A stretch of 63,722 nucleotides of DNA, counting the filler, from Hyphochytrium catenoides (lineage: Eukaryota; Protista; Hyphochytriomycota), in NCBI GenBank assembly GCA_900088475.1. It is 7 parts of 7 records of this genome, joined end to end, with 100 filler letters (N's around TTAATTAATTAA, not from the genome) between each part and the next. Parts side by side here need not be neighbours in the genome. Positions count along the whole stretch, not along the records: positions 23,244 to 34,990 come from FLMG01002786.1; positions 35,091 to 57,409 come from FLMG01002423.1; 5 more parts are not named here. One strand, given 5' to 3'. Below are positions 34,630 through 47,200 of the stretch, one piece after another. The notes under the pieces are model-generated. The model had not been told where the DNA came from, ran no database searches, and worked only from the letters and a program-made list of their open reading frames with translations. Made by a program: the position numbers and the translations under genes. Within the stretch, counting starts at the first letter, position 1. Each line of letters opens with the position of its first letter.

Positions 34630-34990
34630 TTCCGAGCCTTGATAGCTACGAGAATTGACAATGCCAACGTCGGCGTGCAGAAGTTCAAGCAGTCTTGTTG
34701 TCTTACGGGGCTGAGCGTGGTAAGGCTTACGAGTTAGCTTCGCAAGAATGTAGGTCTCACAAAGACAGAGCTGCTGAGAAGCTCTATCAAGGGCTCGTCT
34801 GCGAATATCTGTGTGGTTAAGATGGTTAAGCCGTTTGTGCCACAGGGTGATAGGCTCTTGCTTGCTCGTAGTTGCGGGTAGTCTTCGAGGAGAAGAGTCA
34901 CTTTGCCCCGTGCATCGTCAGTGTCCGAGGAGTAATAAACGGTTCCATTGGTCAAACCAATACGTCTCACTTGTTCTTGTGAGCTTAACT
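34630..34990 (-). pseudogene. Ty1/copia integrase N-terminal fragment from a further element (E)
   Basis: Translates as ITLWHKRLNHLNH...CLCETYILAKLTRKP...LLELLHADVGIVN (GAG-pre-integrase domain and start of the integrase core); not shown in this frame in the ORF track. Confidence 0.8.
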
Positions 34991-35695
34991 NNNNNNNNNN
35001 NNNNNNNNNNNNNNNNNNNNNNNNNNNNNNNNNNTTAATTAATTAANNNNNNNNNNNNNNNNNNNNNNNNNNNNNNNNNNNNNNNNNNNNGGGGAAAGCT
35101 TGGCTGCAAAGGATGGAAAACCAAAAATAGAAAAGGAACACAGGGAAAGGCTGGCCGAAGAAACGGAAAAAGGAAAAAGATTCAGTCTTTATCAAAAATC
35201 GCGGTAGGAACCACCAGCGGTAACTGAATTCAGAACTGCCGTATAAGTTATCCCTAACCTGATTCTTTTCAGCTTGCTTTGGTGGATCAAGTTGCTGTAA
35301 GGGTCGTTACCGGTAACAGAGGTGAAGCATGTTAGAGAAATGATAGGGTTTACATTCACCAAAAGGACCGGTAACGCTCATGATAAGAAGCGTGATCGGC
35401 AATCCATCAACCAGCGGCAAGCGCACCTTGAAGCTTGCTTCAACACCAGCTTCTGATCTTCCTGAGCTTCTGACGGATTATTAGCGCGCCGGCTAGGAGT
35501 CCCAACAACTACAAGTACGTCAGGCAAGGAACGCGGAGCTGGATCTTGCAGGCAGAAGGATCCTAGTTGCACGTCGTTCTGGCGCGTCTTCATCCTCAAC
35601 TTGCTCCTTTCTCCTAAGGGTACAACTGTAACGGAGAGCTGCTTCCCTACTTGGACTCTTGAAGGCAGGAGAGTCTTCGCTTCGCATGACAGAGA

Positions 35696-37545
35696 ATGTT
35701 GCGCGAGTCCTTACCTTACAAGCCGAAAGCACCTCGAACCTTGGAAGAGCTCTGTATAAGCACCATTGCCTTCAACCTGCCCACGGTGGTGTCACATGCC
35801 GCAGGAAAGCTTTCGCAGAACCAGAATGAGCCGCTCGCAAAGGCGAGAAGATGGGGAAAGCCTTCCTCATCGGTGGTGCTGTTTAGGCTTCCTTTGATGC
35901 TACACCAACGTCTGTTTCGTCAGCTGATAGAGGTTCGAGGGATAAATGAGGCAAGAAACCTAGTCCACTGCAGAGAGAGACTGCTGTCTTGTCGAGGCTT
36001 ACACTCTCAACTCCCGCAGTACACCATCCATCACGCTGTCCACGAAGAGATGACAGAATTAGACTTTACCGGATACCAGCTGTTGACGGACTACATTGCC
36101 AAAGAGGCTCTGTCACTCTTAGACGAGGTAGAGCAGTTCCACGCCGCAGGTTGCAACCGCTTGACTGGTAAGAGTGAGAAGCAGGAACTGAAATGACCCT
36201 GCGGTCTGACGGTCCTAACAGATTTTGGACTTCAAGAGATGCTCAAATGTGACAGCTCAGTGTTCATGCACACCGTCGATATCTCAGGGACTGGCGTGGG
36301 GGACTATGGGGTAGGGATGGGAGAGTTTCGAGTGCACATCATCTTGCGAACTAATGCAGCCTCCTAAGGTATTCACAGTTCTGCGGAGCTGTCACAGCCT
36401 TCGGTCCCTGATCCTCCAGGACCTGAGTAGTGTGTCTCTTGGTTTGATGAAGACTGTGGTCGAACACTGCGAAAAGCACCGAGGTAACGAGCCTTCAGAC
36501 CTATAACCTGGAACTTACTCTGGTTGTTAGTCATTTGCACGCTCGCCTTACCCTCATTATCCACTAGTTCCGATGACTGGACTCCTTGATGTTTGCTACA
36601 GCGCTAACTTGAAAGCGCAGGTAACAGCTGCCAGCCCGTCTTTTCCGCGTCACTCGAGCTTCTGGACCTCTCGGGCTGTCAGAATGTGGGCCATGTCATA
36701 CAGAGAGGCAAAAGAGCTGCACCTATAACCCTAGGGCGATTTCTGTCGTGTTTCCGGCACTTGAAGGCGGTCAGTATATTACGGCTGTAAAGCAGTGTCT
36801 TGATCCTTCCTTTGTCTTCCGTGGAAAGTCCCTGTTCTTTTTGTTAGGCAGATGTTGCCTTTCGTTGCGTGGTACTTCTAATGCTTTCCACGTACAGTGC
36901 CCGGTTACATCCAACTTGAGCTTGTCTCTAGCAACGTCCCATGAGGCCTTTTGCGTCGTTTTTGAGAGGTTATCTACTTTCTCAACACCATCTCCTACCA
37001 CGTAGGTCTTTCTGGAGGGCATCACCACCCTTACATGCTACGTCTGCTTGTCTGGATTTGACCTGCCAGACTTGCGCCATCTCTCTTTGGCCTGGTCAGG
37101 AGAATCGCCATCTTATGTTAGGACTCCGCACCAGGTCGTTACTGCAATCAACCCGAGACATGCTCCCTCTTCGCTGTCGCTTGCTGGCTTGTACATTGAT
37201 CAGCAGTGGCTAGGAGAGCTGATGGAAGAGCAAAGAGGAAAGCTCAGGGGACCCTGGGAGTTGACGGCCCAACTTCGTGAGTTCTATGAGGCTCCGAAGG
37301 CAAAGAGATGGCTTCTGCTTTCACCCTCTGCGTACCTTCAAGAGCTCCAGGAGACGGTCCCGGGCGGCGGACTAGCGTTATTGGACCTGAGAGGTTGTGG
37401 CGGCATCGCAACAATAAAAGAGGACCTCTGCACGGCGTTGGAAAATACGAAGCTTCTTATGACGCCGGCCAGCTCTCTTGTGACGACGTCATCTAGAGCT
37501 TTCGGGACAACGTCATCGAGGCACCTTGGTTGGCGTTTCAGTTAA
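35696..37545 (+). CDS. Leucine-rich repeat protein (FBXL/AMN1-like repeats), multi-exon
   Basis: PRTLEELCI N-terminal motif; repeats ELDFTGYQLLTD, FHAAGCNRLTD, TVDISGTGVGD, LDLSGCQNV, LDLRGCGGI; start and exon structure approximate. Confidence 0.6.
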
Positions 37546-38226
37546 CCCCAACCTCGACAGCGCTAGGCGTAAAGCATTCCGTCTCTGAGAGCTTGCTTCG
37601 TCCTGTCAGATAGATCACCTTAGCGAGGTCATGTTCAATCGTGATTTCGATCATGCCTAACCCTCGGGCCTTTCCGCTCTTAAATGGGACAGCTCAGTCT
37701 TTGTATAGAAGAGAGAAGTTTTTGACAGACCGGACACTGTACTCAGAGTTTAACTTTGCATGTCTCTGGTTCGGCGTCCTCGCCGCAGGCGACTCTGGCA
37801 CGGACTAGAAGACATCGGCTGTTAGCAAGGGACGGGCTACAAAGACAATTGGCGCGCGTCTCCAACGCAAGAAGGAGCTGGTAAGGGACTGCAGCGAATC
37901 CTTTGACACTTGCAATGGCCAACAACGCTAACTGATCTCTTCAATTGTAATGTTGCAGAAGGTAAGGTGGGCAAATGGCGTTGTCGACCAATAGACAAAG
38001 AATCGTCTTTTATCGAAACTCCGCGCCTTCAACTGTCCCTGTGCCCGAGTGGACCTGCGCGGGATAATCTCAGATTACGGAGAAAGGGCGTACGAATACG
38101 TTACTTTATTCTAACAACAGGAAGAGTCCACTCTTTCACACGCGGTGCTGCCATTGTTCGATGGATCAGGCAATGTCCTGTGTATTTTTGTCGAGGAGAG
38201 GGCACTCCACATAAATAAGGTTCCTG

Positions 38227-41200
38227 CTAAGCAGACTCTATCTCTCCTTGTGCATCCCGAATTGATCTCTCCTGAGGACCCTTATCTGAAGTGGCTGACC
38301 CTTCCCGTGCAACGGAGGCGTCCTCATGGAGTATTGATGCGGCCTCTTCAGGGCTTATTTTGAAGCTCTTGATAGGAGTCGCTTCAACCTCTCCCTCGAC
38401 TAGTTCTGCTGTCTCACGGGAAGACACAGATTGAGAAGAAGGCACCGGGTCCACTGGAGTGCTACCTCCCGCCACAAGGAAGGAAGCTTTGGTTGAGAGC
38501 AGTTGAGCTGCAAAAGGACATAGAGTTGGTTATTCCATGGCAGCAGCTGTCATTTCATAGTGAAATATCAACTACTACTTTTGGGCCCACGAATCTCCCT
38601 CCTTTTCTACGCTCTACCCTCTACTGTTGTCGCACGGTGAAAGTCTCCCTGTCCTACCTTCTGTAGCGGTGCTGTGAAGATCTCTAGCAGGCTTAATCTT
38701 GTGGAGTCGATTGTGTCTGAATGCTCGCAGCGCCCTGATCAGGCGCTGATAGGCGACATAGTGCTTCGTACTGTAGAATGACTTCATGTCCGTCCCTGTT
38801 GAGAGAAGCGCGGTTGGAGTGATGATGCCAGAGCGAAATCTAGCACTTGTCCCTGATGCCTGGGTTCAATTCTAAGGCACTTCTCCAATGCACTCTATCG
38901 TCTCCCACCGGAACCGTTTACCTTCTCTCACTCGCTCTCCCTGTCGCTGTCTTTCTCTATTAAATGTATGTGCATGTGCCCCTATCTGTCGCTCTATCTT
39001 CTCTAGCAAGATGCTATAGTAGGTTCTCCTGCCGAGGACAATGCGCTCTCAAGAAGTTGGCTTTCTTTCTTACCGGTGATCCGGCTTCCAATCCTCCTTT
39101 CTAACATGACGCTCTTGAGTTCTTTGTATAGCTCATTGTTCTCTGGTATCGGAACCCACTTCTTCCCTTCACTCTCTAGCTGGGTCTCCAGCACGAACAT
39201 TGCAAGTCCAGCCAAGTAGTCATAGTAGTAACAGCTAGGCCCTAAGCGAGGATGATGCACGAGGGGTACCTCCAAGGCGGCTGAAAAAGGTAGGGGATTA
39301 GGCAGATGGACGTGGGAGCCAATGTGAGAAGGGCTAAGAGGGACACAGAGGCCAAGGAGTGAGAGGACAGAAGTTATTGAAGAGAAGGGAACATCACAAG
39401 ATGAGCGGAGAGCGCAATACGAGAGAGTGAGCGCTCTCCTCTGCGAGCCTCACCTAAGAGCCCATAAACCTCCTTCATTGAAGGATTACTGGCTGGGAGC
39501 TCAGGAGCGTTTTTTGGAGGAGGCTCCAACAGCCTAACGATGACGTTGTCTCGTAGCAGATTCTTCGCGATGACAATCATAGACGACACCGTGGTGTGCC
39601 CTTCCGCTTCTACGTCAAACTCCGACCAGGTTGTGGTCACCTCGTCCATCATCTCTGTGGATATGAGCTATTACAGGCAGAGATGGGAGATTGAACGGAG
39701 AAGAGGAAAGAAAAGCTTGAGCATCAATGTTTCTAGACCAGTCTCACACTAACTGGTGCCAGGAAAGGCGATCTATCCGCTTCCAGAGCTCCCTCTCTCG
39801 CACCCACTCCGACCATTTTAACCACGCGTACTAACTGTACGACAAGAGGTTCTACGCCATCTTACCGTCTTAATCTCTGAGCCTGACTCCATGAATCCTT
39901 CCAGCACTACAGCGACAAACAGATTGATCATGATGAACGAGACGCTGATCATATAGCTCAGCATATAGAAGAACCCAAGGTCAGTGCCACAGCCTTGAGG
40001 AGGAATGCAGCATTTTAAGTTGCCTGCGGAAGCCGAGTAGAAGAAGAGAGAGCCTTAGACAAAACGAGACACGCTGCTAGCCTTTGAGAACAACAAAACT
40101 CCTCACTGCTCTGCCTTTCTCAATCTCTTTCTCCTATGTCTTTCACCCTTTAATTTCCTTGTTGTCCAGCTCTCTCGGTACTCGCCTGCAATGACATCTT
40201 CCGTCGATAATGTAGAAGGGCAAATCTTCCTGCCCTTGCTGAAGCCACAGGTGATCTCCGAGACGGAGTCATCCACTGGTTGACACCCAGGAGATCGCCG
40301 TGCAAGAGCGTACATCATGTCCGTCCATTTATCTCCGGTAGCCGAGCGAATCATGATTTGAAAGGCACCGAAGAATGAGGCGAAGTTTGACTGTTGTTGG
40401 AGTCCAAAATGAAGGAAGTTAGAAGAAACATTTAGACGTCAGCCGTGAAAAATGGGGACAGGCCATCAAGAGTAACGTCTGAAGCGAAGGCAGCAAGCTA
40501 TGGAGTCTCAGAGACGCATGGGTCTACAATGGAGGAGCAATAGAAGATGGCCCTTAAGGGCAAAAGTATTCAAGGAGCCGCATTGGGCATAGAGGAAATA
40601 AGGGCGAGAGGGTCAGAGGCAGAGATGACCTCCTCCACCTTTTGCGTCTCCTACCGTTTCCGTGATGACCTCAAAGTCCCAGGCAACAGCTGCGAAAAGC
40701 TGGTTTCCAATAACGGCATATATTGCGATCGTGAGGAGCAGCAGGGCCAAGAGGTTCCTAGACGAAAAGACCAAGGTTATCGTGATGGTGATGTGCCAGG
40801 GCCACGCTACTTAGCTCAGCGAAGATAATTGCCAGAGAAGGATCAGAAACAGAGGTTGGACGGGTGGCAGAAGGTTGCGTAGGGCTTTAGCAGAGTTGTA
40901 TGGCTAGAGAATGCGAGCGGCTCTTTAGCCACAAGAGGCTAGTTGAGCCATTTGAGCATTGACGAAGTAGAAGATGTCACAGTCAATTTAGAGCCATTAC
41001 CTTAGGGAATACCATGTCAGGGATAAGGTGATAAACATGGACCTTAAAGCCTTCGCATAGTAGACGGTCTGCAAGAGCTTCAGCACTCTACAGACCACCA
41101 AAATAGCCTGAAGACTAGGCCGCTGCTGGAAGGGAAGAATGGGGAGGAGGATGGCAAGGAAGAAGGCCGCGATGCCGAGAAGCATGTCGAAGAGAAGGAG

Positions 41201-44200
41201 CCTATGGTGGATGACTGCTCGCCTCAGAACATAAACGTGAAGGCAGACGTTGAAGAGGTAGAAAGCTGAGCACAAGATGTTGAAGACCTCCAAGGCTATG
41301 GCAAAGGTTGGATGCTGTCCAAAGTACGAGAGGCTCATACTTAGAGCGTTCAAGAGAAGAACCGTCCGCATCGCCATACGCCAATGCTTTTTCGAGACGA
41401 ACTTCCATACCAAAAAACGGAGCTTCTTCAGCGGTGGAGCCCTAAAGGATTGTACAGAGATAGGAGGAGTGAAAGGGGTTGATGAGCTGCAACTAGAAGA
41501 GATCTCAACGTCTCTGGCTAAACGCTAAGAGTGTTGGCCTCATAGAGCTGCTTGCGACGCGCGAAATAGGGGGAGCTCTTACCTAGGATGCGGCTCCGGG
41601 CGGGCTACGTATGGTCTTGGCTTCATTCGGATCATCAATCGTTGCGTCTTAATCCATGCCCTCTGGCTCTCGTTCAGTGCTTCCAACCCCATTTCCTTCA
41701 GCTCATTGAAGTTATCAATGACTACGCCCACAAAGAGATTCAGGACAAAGAACGAGCAAACCACTACGTAGAGAGCAAAGATAGGAGCCCAAAGAGCGTT
41801 ATACCCTCGAACGGGCTCCATGTCAATCCCACGGTGGGCCATAGCTGCGAACATGGCGTCCACCCAGCCAGCCATCGTGGTCATCTCTAGGAGAGTGCGG
41901 AAGCCAACAAGAGAGTTATCAAAGCTTTGATCTAGATATTTGACCCATGTAAACCCCAAGCACTCGCAGACGAAGCGGGATTTAGGAGCAAGAGAGCCGT
42001 AAGAGGCTTGATAGGAGTCGAGACATGTGGAGTTCATAGCAACTGACAACTGCTCTTGGAAAGAGGAAGAGAGGTTGGACCAGGGCTGTGGGTAGGTCAC
42101 GGTTTCTTTGTATTGTGGAAGAGTGAGATTCAGGAGGCCGTAGCTGCTGCTGCTGTCAAAAGCTGCCAGGATTTAAACGGTTGCAGAATGGAAAGTTAGA
42201 GTACAGTTAGGCTTAAGGGAACAGAGAGTTGCATGAACGGTCGTCAACCAGATGAAGAGAGGAAAAATTTTGCATGCTATTGAGCAAGAGAGAATGTCAT
42301 GAAAGTACTGACACCTATAGGGATAGGAACACGGAGCAAACGGACTGTTTTGACACGTAAGATGATCTTCGAAGGTGCTTACCGCTATAGTCGCACCTCC
42401 TAAAGGCGCCCTTCAGGAAGTTCACAAAGCCAATATCAAAGATGTAGATGAACAGAGAGCAGACAATAGTCGCGTTAAGAATGGCGGGGAATGAGCGGAA
42501 GAGGCAGCCCAAGACTTCTTGCATCCCTCTGCTTTTGTTCACAATTCTCAAGGGCCGAAGTCCTCGAAAGCCACGAAGTGGGGAGATGGCATCCGAACGG
42601 AGTATGAAGTCTGGTCACAGACGAGGCGTTAGATAATATCCATCGACAAAAGGCAAATGTGCAGCTGGGGTTAGATTAGAAAGAGTTAAAGAACCTTCAA
42701 AGCGGAAGGGGAAGAGGAGACAGAGAAAGACAGAGGGAGAAGATAGATAGATAAACAGAAAGAGAGAGAGGGAGAGGCTGAGAAGCAGTCAACATAAGGG
42801 AGCCAGATCCAATAAGAGTATCCAAAAGAAGGTGAGGCGTCCTTAGACTATTGCCGCTTACCTGACAGCAAGCTAACTACCACCACGAACAGGTCCAGAA
42901 TATTCCATCCGTCCGAGAGATAGTCAGAAGGCCCAAACGCAAACAGCTTAAGCACAACCTCTACAGAGAAGCAGATTGTGATGCCTTTGTTGGTCCAGGC
43001 AATATACCGCGCTGTGCTAGAGTCTGCACGATTGGTAGGGGTGTCAACTATCAAAATAGCGAGAGAAGCGAGAGTGAGAAGAGTCATCAGGACCTCGAAC
43101 CACCCGCTGGCGGCAACCAATCGAACCCCACGTTTCACTCTGCCCACAAGCGAGAGAGAAGGAGAGACAGGGATGCCTAATTTGGTTCCTTTCAAACCAG
43201 CAGCATCCTTGGTTTGGGGCTTCCTAGGCGATGCTTCTGTACATCTGATCTGTGAAGCTTTCCTCCTTTCCACATCTGCGCTCTTTCCGTCTCCACTTTC
43301 TGTCGCGCTGCTGGCCTCTTCTCCCTCCTTTCCTCCTGCAGGATCTGGAGCTGGGGCCACTTTCTTTTGACCTGAGCCAAGCAGCCTCTCGAATGGCTTT
43401 TGGACGTGCATTGACATCTTTTTAATGTGCGTGAGGAGCGCTTCCTGGGCGCCGAGAATAGAGTCCCTGCCTTGCTTTATCTCTTCGAGGTTTTGAAAGT
43501 TAAAGAGAAGGATGGAGAAGAAGAGATTCATCACTACGTAGTTTCCTCCCATAATGAGAGAGATATAGTAGGGAGCAGCCTTCCATCCAACAGCCCGCCA
43601 CGTGTCATGAAACACTTCTTCCCACTTCTCCCCTGTAATGATCTGACGGTGGAGAGAAGTATCGAAGAGAAAGAAACTTCATAATCAGAGATGGGGGGTC
43701 GATAGGAGAAGATGGAGTCGGGTAGGAGAGTAGTAGGAAGTTCAGTGGGAGATAGAGGCACTTTAGCCGTGAAGTAAGGAACAGCAAAGCCCTTGTTTTC
43801 AAGGAAAAAGAGCGAGAGGAGAATGATTATGAATGAAGTGGAGCCAATGTAGATAAAAATAACCCATAAGAGCTTGCCGCACACGTAGCTCGTTTGCAAG
43901 GACGGAAGCAAAGGGGCTTTAGACGAACGACTGACAGAGCGGGCCGTACTGACCTGGAAAACGGTGAGCATGGAGATGCCAATATTATCAAAGTTGCTCT
44001 CCGGCTTTTGGATCTCCGTGTTATTCGCTGTATAAGGGATATAATAGCCATCGGCATCAAACTGGATCTGGTAAGCGAAGAACTGCATGCCCAGCAGAGC
44101 ATAGATGTAGATGAACAGAGTCAATAGCACCAGGAAAGACTTCAACTCATTGACGGTGTTCCAAATGACCTGACATGGGCAGACCGGATGACAGGGTTAT

Positions 44201-47200
44201 AGTGGATAGACGCCAGAGAAGCTGCCGGTGGCAATAAGAAGACTGAAAGAAAGCGAGAGAGACGATACTGTCAATGAAGATGAGAGCAGAAGTTTAACAG
44301 GGTTGCAACGGCAGACGATTCATACTGTCTGATAGTGAGAAAGACTCACTTCGGCGTTAAAAAGGAGAAGAGAGTAGGGATCGAAGTGCCGTCATTCTCT
44401 AAAACGAGTCTTAGAGAAGTGGAGGATAGCGAGGTTGCATCCCATTATAGGAATGCTAAGCTAAGGACTTAGAGGTGTTGGAATGACAGATGATGAGGTC
44501 TTTCCAATACCTGGAGAAGGACATTGAGACTCTTCCAACTCTTGGCCAACTTGAATATACGGAATAGCCTAAGTCCGCGCAAGACAGAGAGAGCTCGATT
44601 GGCTTGTCCTTGAACAACAGTTTCGGTAGAGTGGCAGCATGTAGCGTGCGTATCAAAGATTAGATGCGTAACCTGCATAACACTGCCGAAAGTCGTCTGC
44701 TGCTTTGCTAACGTTCTCACAACATTGCCCACTATTATGTCTCTAACTGCCTCCGTAGTCGGTTCCCTAGTCACTGCTCTTCTCTTTTCTTCTTACCTGC
44801 TTGACTGCTGGCTCCTAAAGAAAAGGAGGGAGGGTTGACAATGACATCACAGAGTCCAAAGATCACGAGAGCAGCGTCCAGCAATCCGAGCACGGAGTTA
44901 AATGTGGCCTTTGGTATCGCGATGGCGTTCAGTAGGAGCTCAATTGCTATGACGATAACGTGAGTAAGTTTGGGTCAACAAACTTATAGTAAGGGCCCGA
45001 GAAAGAGACCGAGCACAAGAGCTAGCAAGGTAACGGGATACAGTGGCTAGCGGTCTAATAAATCTGTATGGACAGCGACCTAAGTCGATGACTCTTCCTT
45101 TAGCAGGAATAGTAGAGCAGAGGGTAAAAGGAATCCTCAGCCCAGAAGCTCAGAACAGAAGGCCGCTGAAGTAGATAAGCGAGAGATAACGGGAGACATC
45201 CAGAGTCCGAGGGTTCAAAGTGGAGAGAGGGAGATGGGATAAAGGTTCAGAGCTCCTACCGAATATTAAACAGCAGATGGCATTGATCCATCCAGAGACA
45301 AAGTCGTCTAGCTCCGAGGAGGGATATCTCACCATCCCGAGGGCGATAACGTTCAATAGCACCACAACTCCCATCACTGCCTTGTACGTAGTGGTAGTCA
45401 CCAGCCGAAATATATGACGGCGTAAGGGATGAGATGGAGCTTCGCCTACAGAGGGACTTGCGAAGGAGGAGGCCATGGGAGAACCATTAGCCTTAATATC
45501 CCGGAACAAAAGCTAAAGAACTGACTCTGTGGCAGTAAGGATACATCCAAGGCAGCCAATCTCTCAATAGAGAGGTGCAGCAGGCACACTAACGCCTCTC
45601 ACCCCATAGTTGCCCTCTTAGCAATAGCTGAGCCACTGGGCAGCTCCTTCATTTTCTCAGCAAAGCCATACGCCGAGAAGTTGTCCCAAACCACAGCTTT
45701 CAACAGGTTCGCCAGGAAAAATGCGCCAAACATGATAAGACCTGAGAAGAAAATACCGCAGAAAGGGACGGAGTAGCTGTCCATCGTCTAAGAGAAGTAG
45801 GCATAAAGGAAAGATGCAAGAAGGAGAGGGAGAAGAAGGCATCGTTAGAAAGGGGCGGACGTGAGGGCCAGAGTTTATGGAAACAGCCACTATGTCCCGC
45901 CCAACTAAACGAGCTTTTAGGATAAGGAAAGGAGGAACGTAAGTGGGAATGAAGCGAAAGACCGCGACGTGAGAAAGGAAGCAATGACGAGAAAGTGATG
46001 CGCCAGGCGCAGGAGAGACTTGCCATGAAGAGGATACTAGACCAGCCAGCTTGCGTCATACACTGGAAAATTGTAACCACCGCTGCCAGGATGTTATCGA
46101 AGTAGGTCAATGACCTACTCCGCGCCAGACGCAGCAAAAATCATTAGTACAGCACACGTAAGTGGTTCACGGAACAGAGGCTAGTAATGAAAATACAGAG
46201 AGAGGATGATCTAACCGTAGAATTAAGCTGAGCAAGAAGGAGAATGAGAGATGTCAGAGGGCCGACCAGTTAAGCTCTGCAATATATTGGCCGTGGTCCA
46301 TAGCCTTAGTACTCTTGAAGCGTTTGTTCCCAAACATATCGTAGTTAGATCCGCAGGTCTGATTTAAGGGACACGTGTGCATCCCTAGCGATACCCCGGA
46401 CACACAGAAAGCAAATTTTAGGTTTTTCTTCGAGAAGCGAAGCCAGACGAAGCCACATAGAAGGACCACATGCATGGAACAAGCGGAAGCTTGGCCGTGC
46501 ATTCAGAGTAAGAAATAAAGTAAAGAGAACCTACCCTTCTGTGCTAAGGGAGTCCCGGTGCACACTCTTCCATCATCAGGCCAAGCAACAGGCCAGAAGC
46601 AGTCTCTTGGTATCCTCCATGGTGACGAGAGGAGGTCCCAAGCAGGGTCATCGTTCTTATCTGGAAGGCACCGCCACTTTTGAATGGAGCAGACGGTGAT
46701 AGAAAGGGAAAGTTAAAGTCAGTAGCGAGCAAAACTCTTAGCAAAATGAATGGCAAAACAATCAGACAGGGGACACTGAGCTTTGGGAAGAGCCGAATGC
46801 GCATAAGAAAGCATGAGATGCTTTGGCTTTCTTAAGTACCTTTTCTAGCTCTGCGTGATCTAGAGTTAAGGTCGCTGCCAGACTGGTGAAGTCTACAGAA
46901 GAGTTGTAGGTTTCCGGCAGCTTAATGGGCCACGGCGTCGCCCTACATCGGGGATGAAGAATTCCCTTCCACAAATGTACGCCTAGGATTCCGAAGACAA
47001 GGAAGAAAAAGAGGAGGACGACTGCAAGAGAGCGCAAGGCTGGTAACGAGCGTATAAGCCCCGTGATCAACGCCTTGAGCTCTTTATATGGAAAACGAAG
47101 CCACAAGGAGGACGGAAGAGAGCTACGATGAGATCTAGACCATGGAAGAGCTTTAAAGTAGTAGTACTAGAGTATGAAGAGTATGGTGACAACAACAATT

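Noticed and set aside
34696-34990. Possible plus-strand LTR starting TGTTG with AATAAA
   Set aside because: The minus strand translates as a clear copia integrase N-terminus
37910-38363. Plus-strand spliced ORF overlapping the last channel exon
   Set aside because: No motif and no clear start; the minus-strand frame is explained by the channel C-terminus
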